Part shown: piece by piece, positions 23,743 to 35,754 of the stretch
Layout: each line of letters begins with the position of its first letter
Position numbering within the stretch: the stretch's first letter is position 1
From: Mobula hypostoma
Lineage: Eukaryota
NCBI RefSeq assembly: GCF_963921235.1
Contig: NC_086097.1
Coordinates: 165,914,001 to 165,978,000 of the forward strand
DNA: 64,000 nt
Reading direction: 5' to 3'
The notes under the pieces: model-generated
What the model was told of the DNA's origin: nothing
What the model saw: the letters and a program-made list of their open reading frames with translations, nothing else
Databases searched by the model: none
Program-made: the position numbers and the translations under genes

Positions 23743-25265
23743 ACTAGGATACTGCCTAGTTTAGAGAACATGTGCTTTCATTAGAGGCTGCACAAACTTG
23801 GGTTGTTTTCTCTCGAGCAGCAGAGGCTGCAGAGAGATCCAATAGGGGTTTATAAGATTATGAGAGGCATAGACAGAATAGACAGGGAGTATTCTTTTTC
23901 CAGGGTAGAAATTTTTAATATGAGAGGGCATGCAATAAAGGTGCGAGGGATAAGTTCAAAGGGGATGTGAGGGGTGCCTGGAATACGCTGCCTGGTGTGG
24001 CGGTGGAGGCAAATACATCACAGGCTTTTAAGAGATGTTTAGATAGGCATGTGTATATGAGAAAGATGAAGGGATATGGACATTGTGTAGGTAGGAGGGA
24101 TTAGTGTTTTTGACTTTAAAATTTTATTTTTAGCTAGTTCGGCGCAAGATTGTGGGCCGAAGGGCCTGTTCCTGTGTTGTACTGTTCTATGTTCTACATA
24201 AAGGTGCATACACCAGGATGCTCTTTATTGACTACAGCTTGGCATTCAAAACCATCATCTCCTCAAAACTAATCAATAAGCTTCAGTCCTTGACCTCAAT
24301 ACCTCCTTGTGCGTTTGGATCCTCTACTTCCTCACTTACAGACCCCAGTCACTATGGATTGATAACATCTCCTCCTCGATCTCCATTAGCATAGGTGCTT
24401 AGCCCTCTGCTCTACTCGCTTTACACGTATGACTTTGTGGCTAAGCACTGCTCCAATGCCATATTCAAGTTTGTTGATGACACCACTGTCGTAGGCTGAA
24501 TCAAAGATGGTGATGAATCAGCATTTCGCAGGGAGATTGAAAATCTGGCTGAGTGGTGCTATAACAACAACCTTTTATTCAATGTCAGCATTGAATCAGC
24601 GAGGGGCTGATTATTGACTTCAGGAGGAAGAAACTAGAGGTCCATGAGCCAGTTCTCAGCGATGGTTCAGAGCTGGAGAGGATCAGCAACTTAAATTCCT
24701 TGATTATGAAGAAAGGATGGCAGCACCTCTGCTTAGGAGTTTGCGAAGATTCAGCATGACATCGAAAACTCTGACAAACTCCTATAGATGTGTGGTATGA
24801 GTACACTGACTGCATCACCATCTGGTTTTGCGGGGGTGAGGGGGCTACTGCACAGGATTGAAGTAAGCTGCAGAGAGTTTGTAAACTTAGTCAGACCCAT
24901 CATGGGCACTAGCCTCTGTAGTATCCAGGTGATCTTCAGGGAACGATGTCTCAAGAAGGCAGTATCCATCATTCAGGACCCCCATCACCCAGGTCATGCC
25001 TTGTTCCCATTGCTTCCATACAGAAGCCTGAAGGCGCATACGTAACGATTCAGCTACAGCTTCTTCCCCTCTGCCATCTGGTTTCTGAGTGGACATTGAA
25101 CCCATGAACACTACCTCACTTGCTCTTTATTTCTATTTTAGCACTACTTATTTAATTTGACTATTTAATATATGTACTTACTGTAATAATGGATTTTCTA
25201 TTATTATGTATTGCAAAGACAACAAACTTCATGACTTATGCTGGTGATATTAAACTTGATTCTGA

Positions 25266-25812
25266 TTGTGGATGTGGCACAGTCCATCACGGGTGAAGCC
25301 CTCCCCACCATTGAGCACATCTAAACGAAGTGTTGTCGCAGCAAAGCAGCATCCATCGTCAGAGACTGCCACCACCCAGGACATGCTGTCATTGCTTAAT
25401 TCAGGAAGGAGGTGCAGGAGCCTCAGAACTCACACCATCAGGTTCAGGAACAGTTATTATCCCTCAACCATCAAGTTCTTGAACCAGAAGGGATAGCTTC
25501 ACTTGACTTCACTTGCCCCATCATTGAAATATCCTCATAACATAGGGACTCACTTTCAAGGACTCGTCATCTCATATTCTCGATATTTATTGCTTTTTTA
25601 GTTGTTATTAGTGTTTCTTTATTTTTGTATTTGCACAGTTTGTTGTCTTTTGCATACTGGCTGAATGCCCAAGCTGGTGCACCTGCTTAATTGATTCTAC
25701 TATTGTTTTAATTTTTATGTGGATTTTTTGAGTATACCCACAAGAAGATGAATCTCAGGCTTGTATATGGTGGCGCAGACAGTATGTACTTTGATAATAA
25801 ATTTACCTCGAA
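25266..25812 (+). mobile_element. Rex1/Babar LINE 3' fragment
   Basis: ORF 25266-25496 (SGRRCRSLRTHTIRFRNSYYPSTI) plus the family 3' tail. Confidence 0.8.
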
Positions 25813-26099
25813 CCTTAAAATTAAGCCCATTATCCTTGCTGAATTTCCTGACATCATCTCCCCTGTAAGTTTAATATTCAATGTAAGTTTAATTGGGCCA
25901 GTCCCATAAATACCATGGGTGTTAAGGTAGGCCTCCTTGCCATACTTGGCAAACTTCAAGTTAGGATTGTGTTAGCATATTTGTTTCCATGCAGGAATGC
26001 AGCTCCAAATATCCTGAAGTAGTCATATCACTATACAGCAAGGAAATGGGCCGCTCAATCCATCAATTTCAGTCCAAGCGGAAGACCCTCATCAATGTA

Positions 26100-26530
26100 T
26101 GGCCCTGGGCCTGTATTCACTGGAATTCTGAAGAATGAGGGGTGACCTCACTGAAACCTATGGAATGGTGCAAGGTCTTGATAGAGTATATGAAGAGAAG
26201 ATGTTTCCCAAGGTAGGAGAGTTAAAGATCAAAGGACACAACCTCAGAATAGGGGGGTGTCCTTTTAGAACGGAGATGAGGAGGAATTTCTTTAGCCGGA
26301 GAGTGGTGAATATGTGGAATTTTTTGCCACAGACAGCTGTGGAGGCCAAATCTTTCTGTCTATTTAAGGCAGAGGTTCATAGATTTTTGATTGGTCAGGG
26401 CATGAAGGGATACGGGGAAAAAGCAGGAGATTGAGGAAATTAGAATCAGCCATGATGAATTGGCAGCACAGACTTGATGGGCCAAATAACCAGATTCTGC
26501 TCCTGTATCTTATGGTCTTATAGTCTTATA
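26100..26530 (+). mobile_element. CR1 3' fragment
   Basis: ORF 26135-26434 (MRGDLTETY..RRNFFSRRVVNMWN); tail TCTTATGGTCTTATAGTCTTAT. Confidence 0.88.
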
Positions 26531-26844
26531 GAATATAGAACAGTACAGCACAGGGTCTGACCCTTCTGCCCACAATGTTGTGCTGAATTTATTGAATAAA
26601 CAAATAGCCAACTAAATTAATCGCTACACAAGGTTCATCTCCGTCCATTTCCCTCACATTCACGTGCCTGTCTAGCACCCTTAAAAATCCCTAATGTACT
26701 TGCCTCTACCACCACCCCAGGTGGTGCATTCCAGGCAAACTATTTACTCCTCAATCTCCTTTGGACTTACTCCTGTTCACCTTAAATGCATGCCCTCTGG
26801 CATTAGACAGTTTAGCCCTTGAAGCACAATACTGCCTGTCTATC

Positions 26845-27235
26845 CAACCTCCCTTCCCCTCTTCCCTCTTCTATTCCCCACTTGGCCTCTTACCTTTTCT
26901 CCTCACCTCACTTATCTATCAACTCCCTCTGGTGCCCCTCCTCTTCCTTTTTTCTCATGGTCCGTTCTCCTTTGTTATCAGATTCTTTCTTCTCCAGCCC
27001 CTTATCTTTCCACCCACCTGGCCTCACCTATCACCGTCCAGCTCGTTCTCCTTCCTCTCCTCTCACCTTTTTATTCTGGTGTCTTTCCCCTTCCCTTCCA
27101 GTTCTGAGGAAGGGTTTTGGCCTGAAACATTGGTGTTTATTAATTTCCATAAGTGCTGTCTGACGTGATGAGCTTCCCCAGCATTTTGTGTATGTTGCTC
27201 TGGATTTCTAGCTCTGCAGAATCTCTTGTGTTTGC
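26845..27235 (+). mobile_element. Penelope-like element 3'/pLTR fragment
   Basis: GTCTATC duplicated at 26838-26844 and 27236-27242; pyrimidine-rich tract, decayed hammerhead core (CTGAGGAAGGG..CCTGAAAC ~27104-27128) and the same tail as the other Penelope-type inserts. Confidence 0.7.
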
Positions 27236-27557
27236 GTCTATCTATGGCTTTCATAATCTTATAAACTTTTATCAGATCTCCAGCCTCCACTGCTCCAGAG
27301 AAACCAGTCCAAGCTTGTCCAACACCTGTTATAGCACATGCCTTCTAACCAGGTTTACGTCCTGGTAAACCTTTTCTGCACTTTTTCCCAAGCCTTAACA
27401 TCCTTCCTATAATGGGGTTACCAGAGTTGTATGCAATACTCCAGATGTGGCTTAACTAGAGTTCTATAAAGCTGCAACATAACTTCTTGACTTTTTAACT
27501 CAGTGCTTTGACGAATAAAGGCATGTGCCTTCTTAACCACCCTATCAACCTTTTGGG

Positions 27558-27880
27558 AAACTGCAAATCTCGTTGGGAGTAGGTCACTGTTTGAAGTAAC
27601 AAGTGACAGAGACATCTTTCAGGGCAGGAGCCATTTGAAAACTGCGTGTCTCCTCAGGACTGTGTCACTGTTTGAAGTAGTGAGTGAGAGAACGACGTCT
27701 ACCAGGGTGGGAGCCATTTTAAAATCTGCATGTCTTGTTGGGAGTGAGTCCTGCTTGAAGTAGTGAGTGGGAGAGCAACATCTTGCAGGGTGGCAGCCAT
27801 TTGAAAACTGCAAGTCTAGTTGTGAGTCAGTCATTGTTTGAAAGAAGTTGGAAGTGGAGCTGCCACTGTTGGAGTGGGTT
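27558..27880 (+). repeat. About 4 diverged tandem copies of an ~82-bp unit in the CR1 5' UTR
   Basis: Recurring AAAACTGC..GTCACTGTTTGAAGTA..CAGGG..GCCATTT, with units starting near 27558, 27639, 27721 and 27804. Confidence 0.85.
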
Positions 27881-29346
27881 AATGTCAGAGTGGTCCAGCT
27901 TTAGCTCAACAGGCTTAAGCTGGAGAAGGTTAGGACAAGCACAGATGAGGCTCTAAGTGAGTTTCCAGTATGATTTTTTTCCTGTTAGTACATAACTAGT
28001 GCACTGAAAGTAGGTCCAGAGTTAGTGGTATGCTCCTTGTTTGAGATGTGGGAAATTTGGGAATCCAGTCTCCCAGATAACTACATATGCATTAAATACA
28101 CCGAGCTGCAGCTCCTTAAAGGCTGCGTTAAGGGACTGGAGTGGCAGCCTGATGACCCATGGCTCATGAGGAGGTGAAAGATGGGAGCTACGGGGAAGGA
28201 GTCACCCCTAAGTCGCAGGATGCAGGTTCTTGGGTGACTGTCAGGAGAGGGAAAGGGAATAGACAGCCAGTGCAAAGTACCCTGTGGTTGTTCTCCTCAA
28301 TAATAAGTATACTGCTTTGGATTCTGTTGGTGAGGGGGCAGGGGGGGGGTTGGTGACCTACCAGGGAGGAGCTGCAGTGGTCAGTACTTGGCCCTGTGGC
28401 TCTGAAGGGAATAGTGGGGAGGAAGCGAGCTGAATTGATAGCAGATTCATTGAAGAGGGAACAGAAAGGAGCTTCTGTGGATGACAACGAGATCCTTGGA
28501 TGGGTTGTTGCTCCCTAGATGCCAGAGTCAGGAATATCTTAGATTGAGTTCACAGCATTTTTAAGTGGGAGGGTGAGCAGCCAGAGTTCATGGTCCACGT
28601 CGGTACCAATGTCATGGAGAGGATGGGTGACGAAGTGAGTTTGGGGAGTTAGATGACAGGATCTCCAGAGCTGTGATCTCAGGTTTCCTACCCACGCCAC
28701 ATGCTAGTGAGGCCAGAAATAAGATCATTCCATTTAACACATGGCTAAGGAGTTGGTGCAGGAGGGAGGGCTTCAGATTTTTGCATTGTTGGGCTCTCTT
28801 CCAGGAAGGTGTGACCTGTACAGAAGGGACAGCTTGCACCTGAACTGAAGGAGGACTAACATACTAGTGGGAAGGTTTGCTAGTGGTGCACATGGGTTTA
28901 AGCTAGAGTTGCAGGGACATGGGAACTAGAGTGTCTGAACATATAGTAGAATAGTATAGAGAAAGATGCTGTTAAGCCTACATTTAAGGTCAAGACTCAC
29001 AAGGCTGAGCACAGTAGGTCTAATGTTCTGAAGTGTGTATATTTCAATGCAAAGAGTATTGTTGGAAGGGCAAATGAGCTTAGGGAATGGATCAGCATGT
29101 GGAATTATGACATTGTAGCCATTAGTGAGACTTGGTTGCAGGAGGGGCAGGACTGGGAGCTCAATGTTCCGGGGTTCCATTGTCTTAGATGTGATAGAGC
29201 GGGATTGATTAAAGGGGGAGGTGTTACTAGTCAGGGAAATTGTCACAACAGTGCTCAGTCAGGCTGGACTGGAAAGCTTGTCTAGTGAGGGTTTATGAGT
29301 AGAACTGAGGAATAAGAAATGTATGACCACATTAATAGGCTTTTTT

Positions 29347-29982
29347 TTAGATTATGAGTACACTCAGACCTCAGTTATTGTCATTTAGAAATTCATGCAT
29401 TAAAAATGGTACAAAGTTCCTCCGGTATGATATTGTAGAAACACAAGACAGACCAAGACTAAAACTGACAAAACCACATAATTATAACATATTTTTACAA
29501 CAGTGCAAAGCAATACTGTAATTTGATAATAGCAGACCATGGGCATGGTAAAAAAAAAGTCTCAAAGTCCCGATAGCCCCAATATCTCACGCAGATGGTA
29601 GGAGGAAGAAACTCTCCCTGCCATGAGCTTCCAGCGCCGCAAACTTGCTGATGCAGCATCCTGGAAGCACCCGACCACAGTCCGACTCTGAGTCCGTCCG
29701 AAAACTTTGAGCATCCGACTAGCCCTCTGACACTGAGCACCATCTCTGCTGAGCACTTTGACCCCGGCCCCGGCCGCCAAGCAACAGGCAAAGCCAAGGA
29801 TTCGGGGCCTTCCCCTCTGGAGATTTTGGATCACACAATAGCAACAACAGCGAAGCAGGCATTTCAGAAGTTTCACCAGATGTTCCTCCGTGCTCTCACG
29901 TCTGCCTCCATCAAATCAGAATTGTGCACAGCATCCTACTTGACAGATTACAGATATTCATCACAGGAGAGGCCGCGCGCGC
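29347..29982 (-). mobile_element. Non-autonomous retroelement (SINE-like) inserted in the CR1 endonuclease region
   Basis: CR1 sequence resumes after 29982; GC-rich 5' end. Its 3' end is shared with the copy at 30921-31070. Confidence 0.65.
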
Positions 29983-30920
29983 TATATGTTATAGAGCATC
30001 CAACAGTCCTCAGGATTTAGAGGAGCAAATTTATAGAGAGATTGCTGACTGTTGCAAGAAACATAAGATTGTGATAGTAGGTGATTTTAACTTTCCACAT
30101 ATTGACTGAGACCCCTATGCTGTAAAAGGGTAAAATAGGAAAGAGTTTGTCAAATGTGTTCAGGAAAGTTTCCTTACGCAGTACATAGAAGTCCCAACGA
30201 GAGAGTGTGACACTAGATCTCCTATTAGGGAATGTGACAGGGCAGGTGACAGAAGTTTGTCTAGGATAAGTTTGCATCTAGTGATCATAATGCCATCAGT
30301 TTCAATGTAATTATGGAAAAGCATAGGTCTGGTCCTCTGGTTGAGATTCTAAATTAGAGAAAGTTCAGTTTTGGTGGTATCAGGAAGGATGGGATAGGTT
30401 GTTTTCTGGCTAAGGTGTACTTGATAAGTGGGAGGCCTTCCAAAGTAAAATATTGAGAGCACAAATTTTGTTTGTTCCTGTTAGAATAAAAGGCAAGGAT
30501 AGCAGGTTTATGGAACCTTGGTTTTCAAGAGATGTTGAGGCCCTGTTTAAGAAAAAGGAGGTGCATCACCGGTATAGGCAGGCAGGAATAAATGAGATGC
30601 TTGTAACAAGTGCAAGGGAATTGTGAGGAAACGCAAGAAGACATGAAATTGCTCTAGCAGACAAGATAAAGGAGAATCCTAAGAGCTTCTACAGATATAT
30701 TAAAAGCAAAGGATAGCAAGGGACAAAATTGGTCCTCTGGAAAATCAGAATGGTCATCTAAGCATGGTGCTGAAGGAGATGGGGGAGAAGTTAAGTTGAT
30801 TTTTCTGAACCTGTGTTTATTTGGGAGATGGATACAGAGTTTATAGATGTGAGGAATGCAGCAACAAGATCATCGACCATATGTAAATTACAGAGGAGGG
30901 GCTTGCTGTCTCGAGGTAAA

Positions 30921-31070
30921 TTAGATTAGATTATGAGGACACTCAGTCCTCATTTATTGTCATTTAGAAATGCATGCATTAAGAAATGATACAATGTTCT
31001 TCCAGAGTGATATTACAAAAAAACGGGAGAAACCAAAGACTAACACTGACAAAACCACATAATTATAACA
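30921..31070 (-). mobile_element. 5'-truncated second copy of the same SINE-like element
   Basis: Close match to 29347-29490; minus strand ends TGACAATAAAT-GAGGAC-TGAGT-GTCCTC-ATAATCTAATCTAA. Confidence 0.7.
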
Positions 31071-34000
31071 TGAAAGATGAAGTAGTAAATTGGATTAGAC
31101 ATTGGCTTCATGGAAGAAGTCAGAAAGTAGTTGTAGATGGTTGCCTCTCTGACTGGAGGTCTGTGATTAGTGGTGTGCTGCAGGGATCGGTGCTGGGTCT
31201 GTTGTTGTTTGTCATCTACTGTGTATCAAAGATCTGGATGATAATATGGTAAACTGGATTAGCAATTTGCAAATAACACCAAGATTAGGAGTGCAATGGA
31301 TAGCGAGGAAGACTATCAAAGTTTGCAGTGGAAACTGGACCTGCTGAAAAATATGTTGAAAAATGGCAGATGGAATTTAATGCAGACAAGTGTGAGGGTT
31401 TGTGCTTTGGGAGGACAAACCAGGATAGATCTTACATGGTGAGAGGTAGGTGCAGAAGTGTGGTAGAGCAAAGGGATCTGGGAATACAGGTCCATAATTC
31501 ATTGAAGATGGTGTCACAGGTAAATAGGGTCACAAAGAAAGCTTTTGGCACATTTGCGTTCATAAATCAAAATATTGAGTACAGGAGATGGGATGTTATG
31601 TTGAAGTTGTGAAATATGTTCCTAAAGCCTAATTTGGAGTATTGTGTGCTGATTTGGTCACCTACCTACAGGAAAGATGTTAATAAGATTGAAAGAGCAC
31701 AGAAAAAATTAACAAGGATGTTGCTGGGACTTGAGGACCTGAGTTATAGAGTAAGGTTGAATAGGTTAGGACTTTATTTGCTAGAACATAGAAGATTGAG
31801 AGGAAGTTTGATGGAGGTATACAAGATTATGAATGGTATAGAAATGGTAAATGCAAACAGGTTTTCTCCTCTGAGGTTGGATGAGACTAGAACTAGAGAT
31901 TATGGGTTAAGAGTGAAAGGTGAAATGTTTAAGGGGAAGATGAAGGGGAGCTTCTTCACTCAGAGGGTGGTGGGAATATGGAACAAGCTGCCAGTGCAAG
32001 TGGTGGATGTTTATTGGATTTCAACATTTAAGAGAAATTTGGATAGGTACATGGATGAGTGGGAAATGGAGGGCTATGGCCCATGGAGGGCACGTTGATG
32101 GGACTTGGCAGATTAATTTGTTTGGGACAGACTAGATGAGCCAAAGGGCCTGTTTCTGTGTTGTAGTGTTTTATGACTCTAACCTTTGTTGCCTCTTTCA
32201 ATGAGCAATGAACTTGGACCCCAAGCTCCCTCTGCTCGTCAACACTGTTAAGGATTTTGCCCTTAACAGTCTACTGTCTCTTTATATATAAACGGCCAGG
32301 GTGCAACATTTTACATTTGGCTGGGTTAAACTCCACTACCATTTCTCTGCCAATATACACAATTAATCTATATCTTAGTTGTATTCTTTGCAAATCTTCT
32401 CTGCTATCCACACCACCACCAATCTTTATATCATCTGTAAACTTACTAACCCACCCATCTACATTTTCATCCATGTCATTTATGTACATCATAAACAGAA
32501 GAGATCCCCTGCAGAACACCACTAATCATTATTCTACAATCAAATAAATGATTCCAAGTAACTGAGCACCCTTAGCCTCAGCCTGCTGTCACTAAAGCCG
32601 AACCATTCTAACACTGTCCCACTCCAACAATGGCTGCTCTGCTCATACCTCACTTCTTTTTATTGGTGTTTACCAAGAACCTAATTATCAATTATGACTG
32701 AAGGCTGCAGAAAAGTCCCAAGAGGCCCCAAGCTCTTTTAAAACCTCATGGTGCCTCTCTGACAAGTGAGTACCTATGATAATTGAATGCCACCGAAAAG
32801 TCCTGAAAAAGCCCCGGGCTCTTGTCAAATCTTGCACCACCTCTCCCACAAATGAGTGCTTGTGATGTTTAGGATTCACTGAAAAGGATAAAGGATGAAA
32901 TTGCATTATCTAGTAGGGAGGTTGTTCTAACCAAGGTATCAAAGACAATCTCTGATGATGTGTTTTAATTTGTCGATGGATGGCAGTACTTTGCTTGCAG
33001 CAATGTAAAGAGCATGGCATTACCCTCATCAAATAGACCTGCTGCAATAAATTACAGGATGCATGCATCTTCAAGCATCCTCCTCCCTTGAAAGCTGTCG
33101 GGTTTCCCCCAATTAGAAACTTCAGTAAAAATCATGCCATACTTCACAGGAAAAGGAATACCAGATATCACGGTTTCCTGCAATGCTGACATATTGGTGA
33201 AATCCCTATGCTTCCAGGTTCAGGAAGGCGAACAAGATAATTAACTTTACAGCATCGACACAGGGTTACCGAAAATACTGCGGAAGGTTTCAATGCATCA
33301 TAACGCCTAGATATCATAAAGCCTTGATATTATATTGATAGATATGGCTACTTGTTTTCTTTGGGATGCACTACTCAAAGTCAGTCTTCATATTCACCTT
33401 GGGCAGCTTCTTGCCACTTGTTCGCAGTCCCAGGTAAAAGCATAAACCCTGCATCTGTTCTAGTTATTCTTATTGCTGTTTTATTTTAACCTGCTACTAA
33501 TACAATGTACAATGCAACCACAAAGTGAGTGAGCATACTTAAAAATCATCTAATCTCACTACATTTGGCTTCTGTCTTTTTTTCCAGATAGTGCCAATGT
33601 GATGACTGATAGATCATCTTTTGGAACTATTTATTATTAAGAATGGCCCAATTTATACTGTTTGCCTTCTACTGGTAGATACCCAATGGAAACCTTTAAA
33701 GTAAGGAAGTTCAGATCAATGATAAATTGATAGATTATCATATCTGAGGTATAGTTTTCTCAATTTTAGCCGCAACAATTGGGAGGAGGTACTGAAAGAT
33801 ACTTCTTCACAAAGGATGAGAGGCAATAATTGATGAAAAATATTCTGCTGGCTGACCACACACATTTGCTGAGTGTGATTTAACAACTGTGTTGCTACCA
33901 TAATTATAATGTAAAATTTATAAATAAAATAAATTTACGATGAAATAGCCCAAATAAAACAAAATCCCATCTATGTGCTCAGAGATAGTTTACATAATAT

Positions 34001-34124
34001 GCACTTGTAGTTGGGAGGGAGATTTGTACAAATCTATCAATTATATTTCTATGCAGGAATGCTGGTGGAGGGGTCAGGGTGAGGTTGTCTCTGACAGGTA
34101 CAACAGGTAAATATAGGGATAAGT

Positions 34125-34369
34125 TATCACTTCCAATTACCCACTAGCTGCTGTCTCCACACTCCACCTACCTGTATCTGCCTCTCACCCCCATCCTTAC
34201 CTGGATCTAGTTACAGTCAGCTCTACCCCTCCTCTCACTCCTGATTCAGGGTCTCTACAAAAAAACATTGATTATCCTTTTGCATCTACAGATGCAGCTC
34301 AACTCACTGAATTCTTCCTGCAATTTTGCGTTTTATTGCAGATTCCTGCATCTGTAATTTCTTGTGTCC
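34125..34369 (+). mobile_element. Old Penelope-like pLTR remnant
   Basis: Pyrimidine-rich tract, decayed CCTGATTCAGGG core and tail GATGCAGCT..GCAGATTCCTGCATCTG resembling the other copies. Confidence 0.55.
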
Positions 34370-34374
34370 TTATT

Positions 34375-35675
34375 CAGTGGATTCTGGTTAACTGGTCCTT
34401 CGGTTAATCAGAGCAAACAGAGACAACTCTTAAAGAACAAAAATTAGAGAAATTAGAGAATAGAGCCGGGATTCATTTATTTGGGACAGGAGACTTTCCG
34501 AATAGTTTCTAACTAGTGTCAGTTGCGTGCTCTTGTGTGGCCATTAGATACTACACCATGCTTAAGGCGAACTGTTATTAAGCAGCATCAGTTATGTGTA
34601 TTTGTGTTCAAAAACAGTGATTTCTGTCACTGATAGTTAAGCAGTAAGACAATTTAGAATTGTTTTGCTCATTGTGATTTCCTGTATTAGGGCATGGAAA
34701 TGCCAGAAATGAGCGGGAGTGAAAAGGAAACAATTTCCCTACTTCAACAAGTTAGGAACTATGAAAAATTTGAAGGTGTCAATAATTATCTTGAATGTTA
34801 CAATGAAAATGAAGATATGCAGGATTGAATTGTCAAGAACATTGTGTGAAGTCCATTATTTTCACTAGATGTCTGTGCTAATTTACTTCATTTACAGTCA
34901 ATCAAAAGAACACAGTAACATGTTCGCTGCTTGACATGTGTGAAACTTGAGTGGGAGAGTTTGTAAAGTGGAAAAGCCATTGCACTGGGACAGTTCCATT
35001 CTCTCGACCTTGGAAGCCCAGGTCCAGCGGTACGAATAATCATCACAAACTTGGGGGGGGGGGTGGCTTCCTTGGTTGCCGTGGATAACCGTGACTTTAT
35101 GGTTTATCATGTCCTTCACTCTTCATGAAGTGTTGCAGTATCGCCTTCTTGGCCATTGGATCTCACTGTTGATCTCATCCGCCCAGTCTGCTGGAGCTGA
35201 CTTCACAGACAAGTCCCTATTTTACTGGGGTATGAGGCCTGCCAGCTACCCTCACCTGGTTTAGCCCACCTTTTGAAGCGGTGTATCAGGGTGTGTCTGC
35301 TGTCACGTGTGAACAGCTACTTGGAACCACACTTTGGTGGGGACCAAAGGTGAGTGAGCTGCCCCAGAATGGACGTGACAAGCTATTTCACCAAAGATGC
35401 TACCCCTCCCTGGACATCCCATATACTGGAGGAATTCCTCCGTCAATAACTAATAGGAACTAATACACAGTTTTATAATACTGTAGAAACATTGGCAGTG
35501 TTCTAATTTTCTGTGTATTTTATTCAAATACATAATTTATTATTCAGTTAAACAGTACTTTGTTTTTTTTTATACCTTTTAACTATTTCAATGAAATCTC
35601 AGCTAATTGGAGCAACCACTTAATTGGGCCAAAATGTACTGGTCCTGATGTGTCTGAATTAACTGGAATCCATTG
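34375..35675. mobile_element. Non-autonomous pogo/Tigger-like DNA element, interrupted by a retroelement
   Basis: Imperfect TIRs CAGTGGATTCTGGTTAACT (34375) and AATTAACTGGAATCCATTG|TA (ends 35675). Confidence 0.7.
34921..35420 (-). mobile_element. Second, more diverged copy of the ribozyme-headed non-autonomous retroelement
   Basis: Shares CTACCCTCACCTGGTTTAG, GCTGTCAC.TGT.AAC.GCTAC and GCTACCCCTCCCTG.ACA.CCC with 9476-9663; no clear TSD. Confidence 0.75.
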
Positions 35676-35748
35676 TATTTTGTTTTCTTATATGGCAGCA
35701 CCTTAAAACTCTTTGTTAAGAAAGTGGGCTGTGATTTCATTTTGCAGT

Positions 35749-35754
35749 TTTATT
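35749..35754 (-). promoter_or_regulatory. Candidate polyadenylation signal of APCDD1
   Basis: AATAAA on the minus strand ~1.0 kb after the stop codon, at the end of a TE-free AT-rich stretch (35700-36760). Confidence 0.5.

Larger units (their letters stand above)
16613..24196 (+). mobile_element. Older 5'-truncated CR1 LINE in three pieces (16613-16994, 20973-21655, 23743-24196)
   Basis: RT motifs continue across both interruptions (..DFSKAFDKVTHG|RLIQK.. and ..QERFTR|ILP..); ends in CTGTTCTATGTTCTA. Confidence 0.85.
14698..25265 (+). mobile_element. Near full-length decayed Rex1/Babar LINE in two pieces (14698-16612 and ~24197-25265), split by a CR1 stack
   Basis: 5' AAGATGGC start; APE endonuclease remnants (ORF 15102-15347); RT reads ..RSTADAISLAFHSTPEHLDSK (to 16613) and resumes KGAYTRMLFIDYSLAF at ~24200; tail ..TGATATTAAACTTGATTCTGATT. 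Confidence 0.85.
27554..32180 (+). mobile_element. Apparently full-length but decayed CR1 LINE with tandem-repeat 5' UTR and internal RT deletion
   Basis: 7-bp TSD AACCTTT (27547-27553, 32181-32187). ORF1 zinc-finger-like remnant (~28025-28120) and esterase remnant; EN remnants (ISETWL, GDFNFPHID); RT C-terminal ORFs 31328-32098. Confidence 0.85.
26531..32530 (-). mobile_element. Old minus-strand CR1 in pieces (26531-26844, 27236-27553, 32181-32530)
   Basis: ORFs 27418-27615 (LQLYRTLVKPHLEYC) and 32271-32522 (SKFTDDIKIGG); interrupted by two TSD-bounded inserts. Confidence 0.75.

Noticed and set aside
23488..23771. Recurrent small ORFs (ILQMLEIQATHIKVAGERSRPGS; also 61598-62009 and 62947-63177) as a novel peptide family
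   Set aside because: They are incidental translations of the same non-coding fold-back repeat in several frames and strands.
26761..27168. Hydrophobic Leu/Phe/Pro/Ser-rich ORFs as a membrane protein
   Set aside because: Translation of the pyrimidine-rich tract of a Penelope-type fragment.
27558..27880. Regularly spaced repeats resembling a CRISPR array
   Set aside because: Whole ~82-bp units are homologous with no unique spacers, there are no cas genes, and the array sits inside a TSD-bounded vertebrate CR1.
29495..29876. GC-rich overlapping ORFs as a gene
   Set aside because: Inside a SINE-like insert; no recognisable domain or splice structure.
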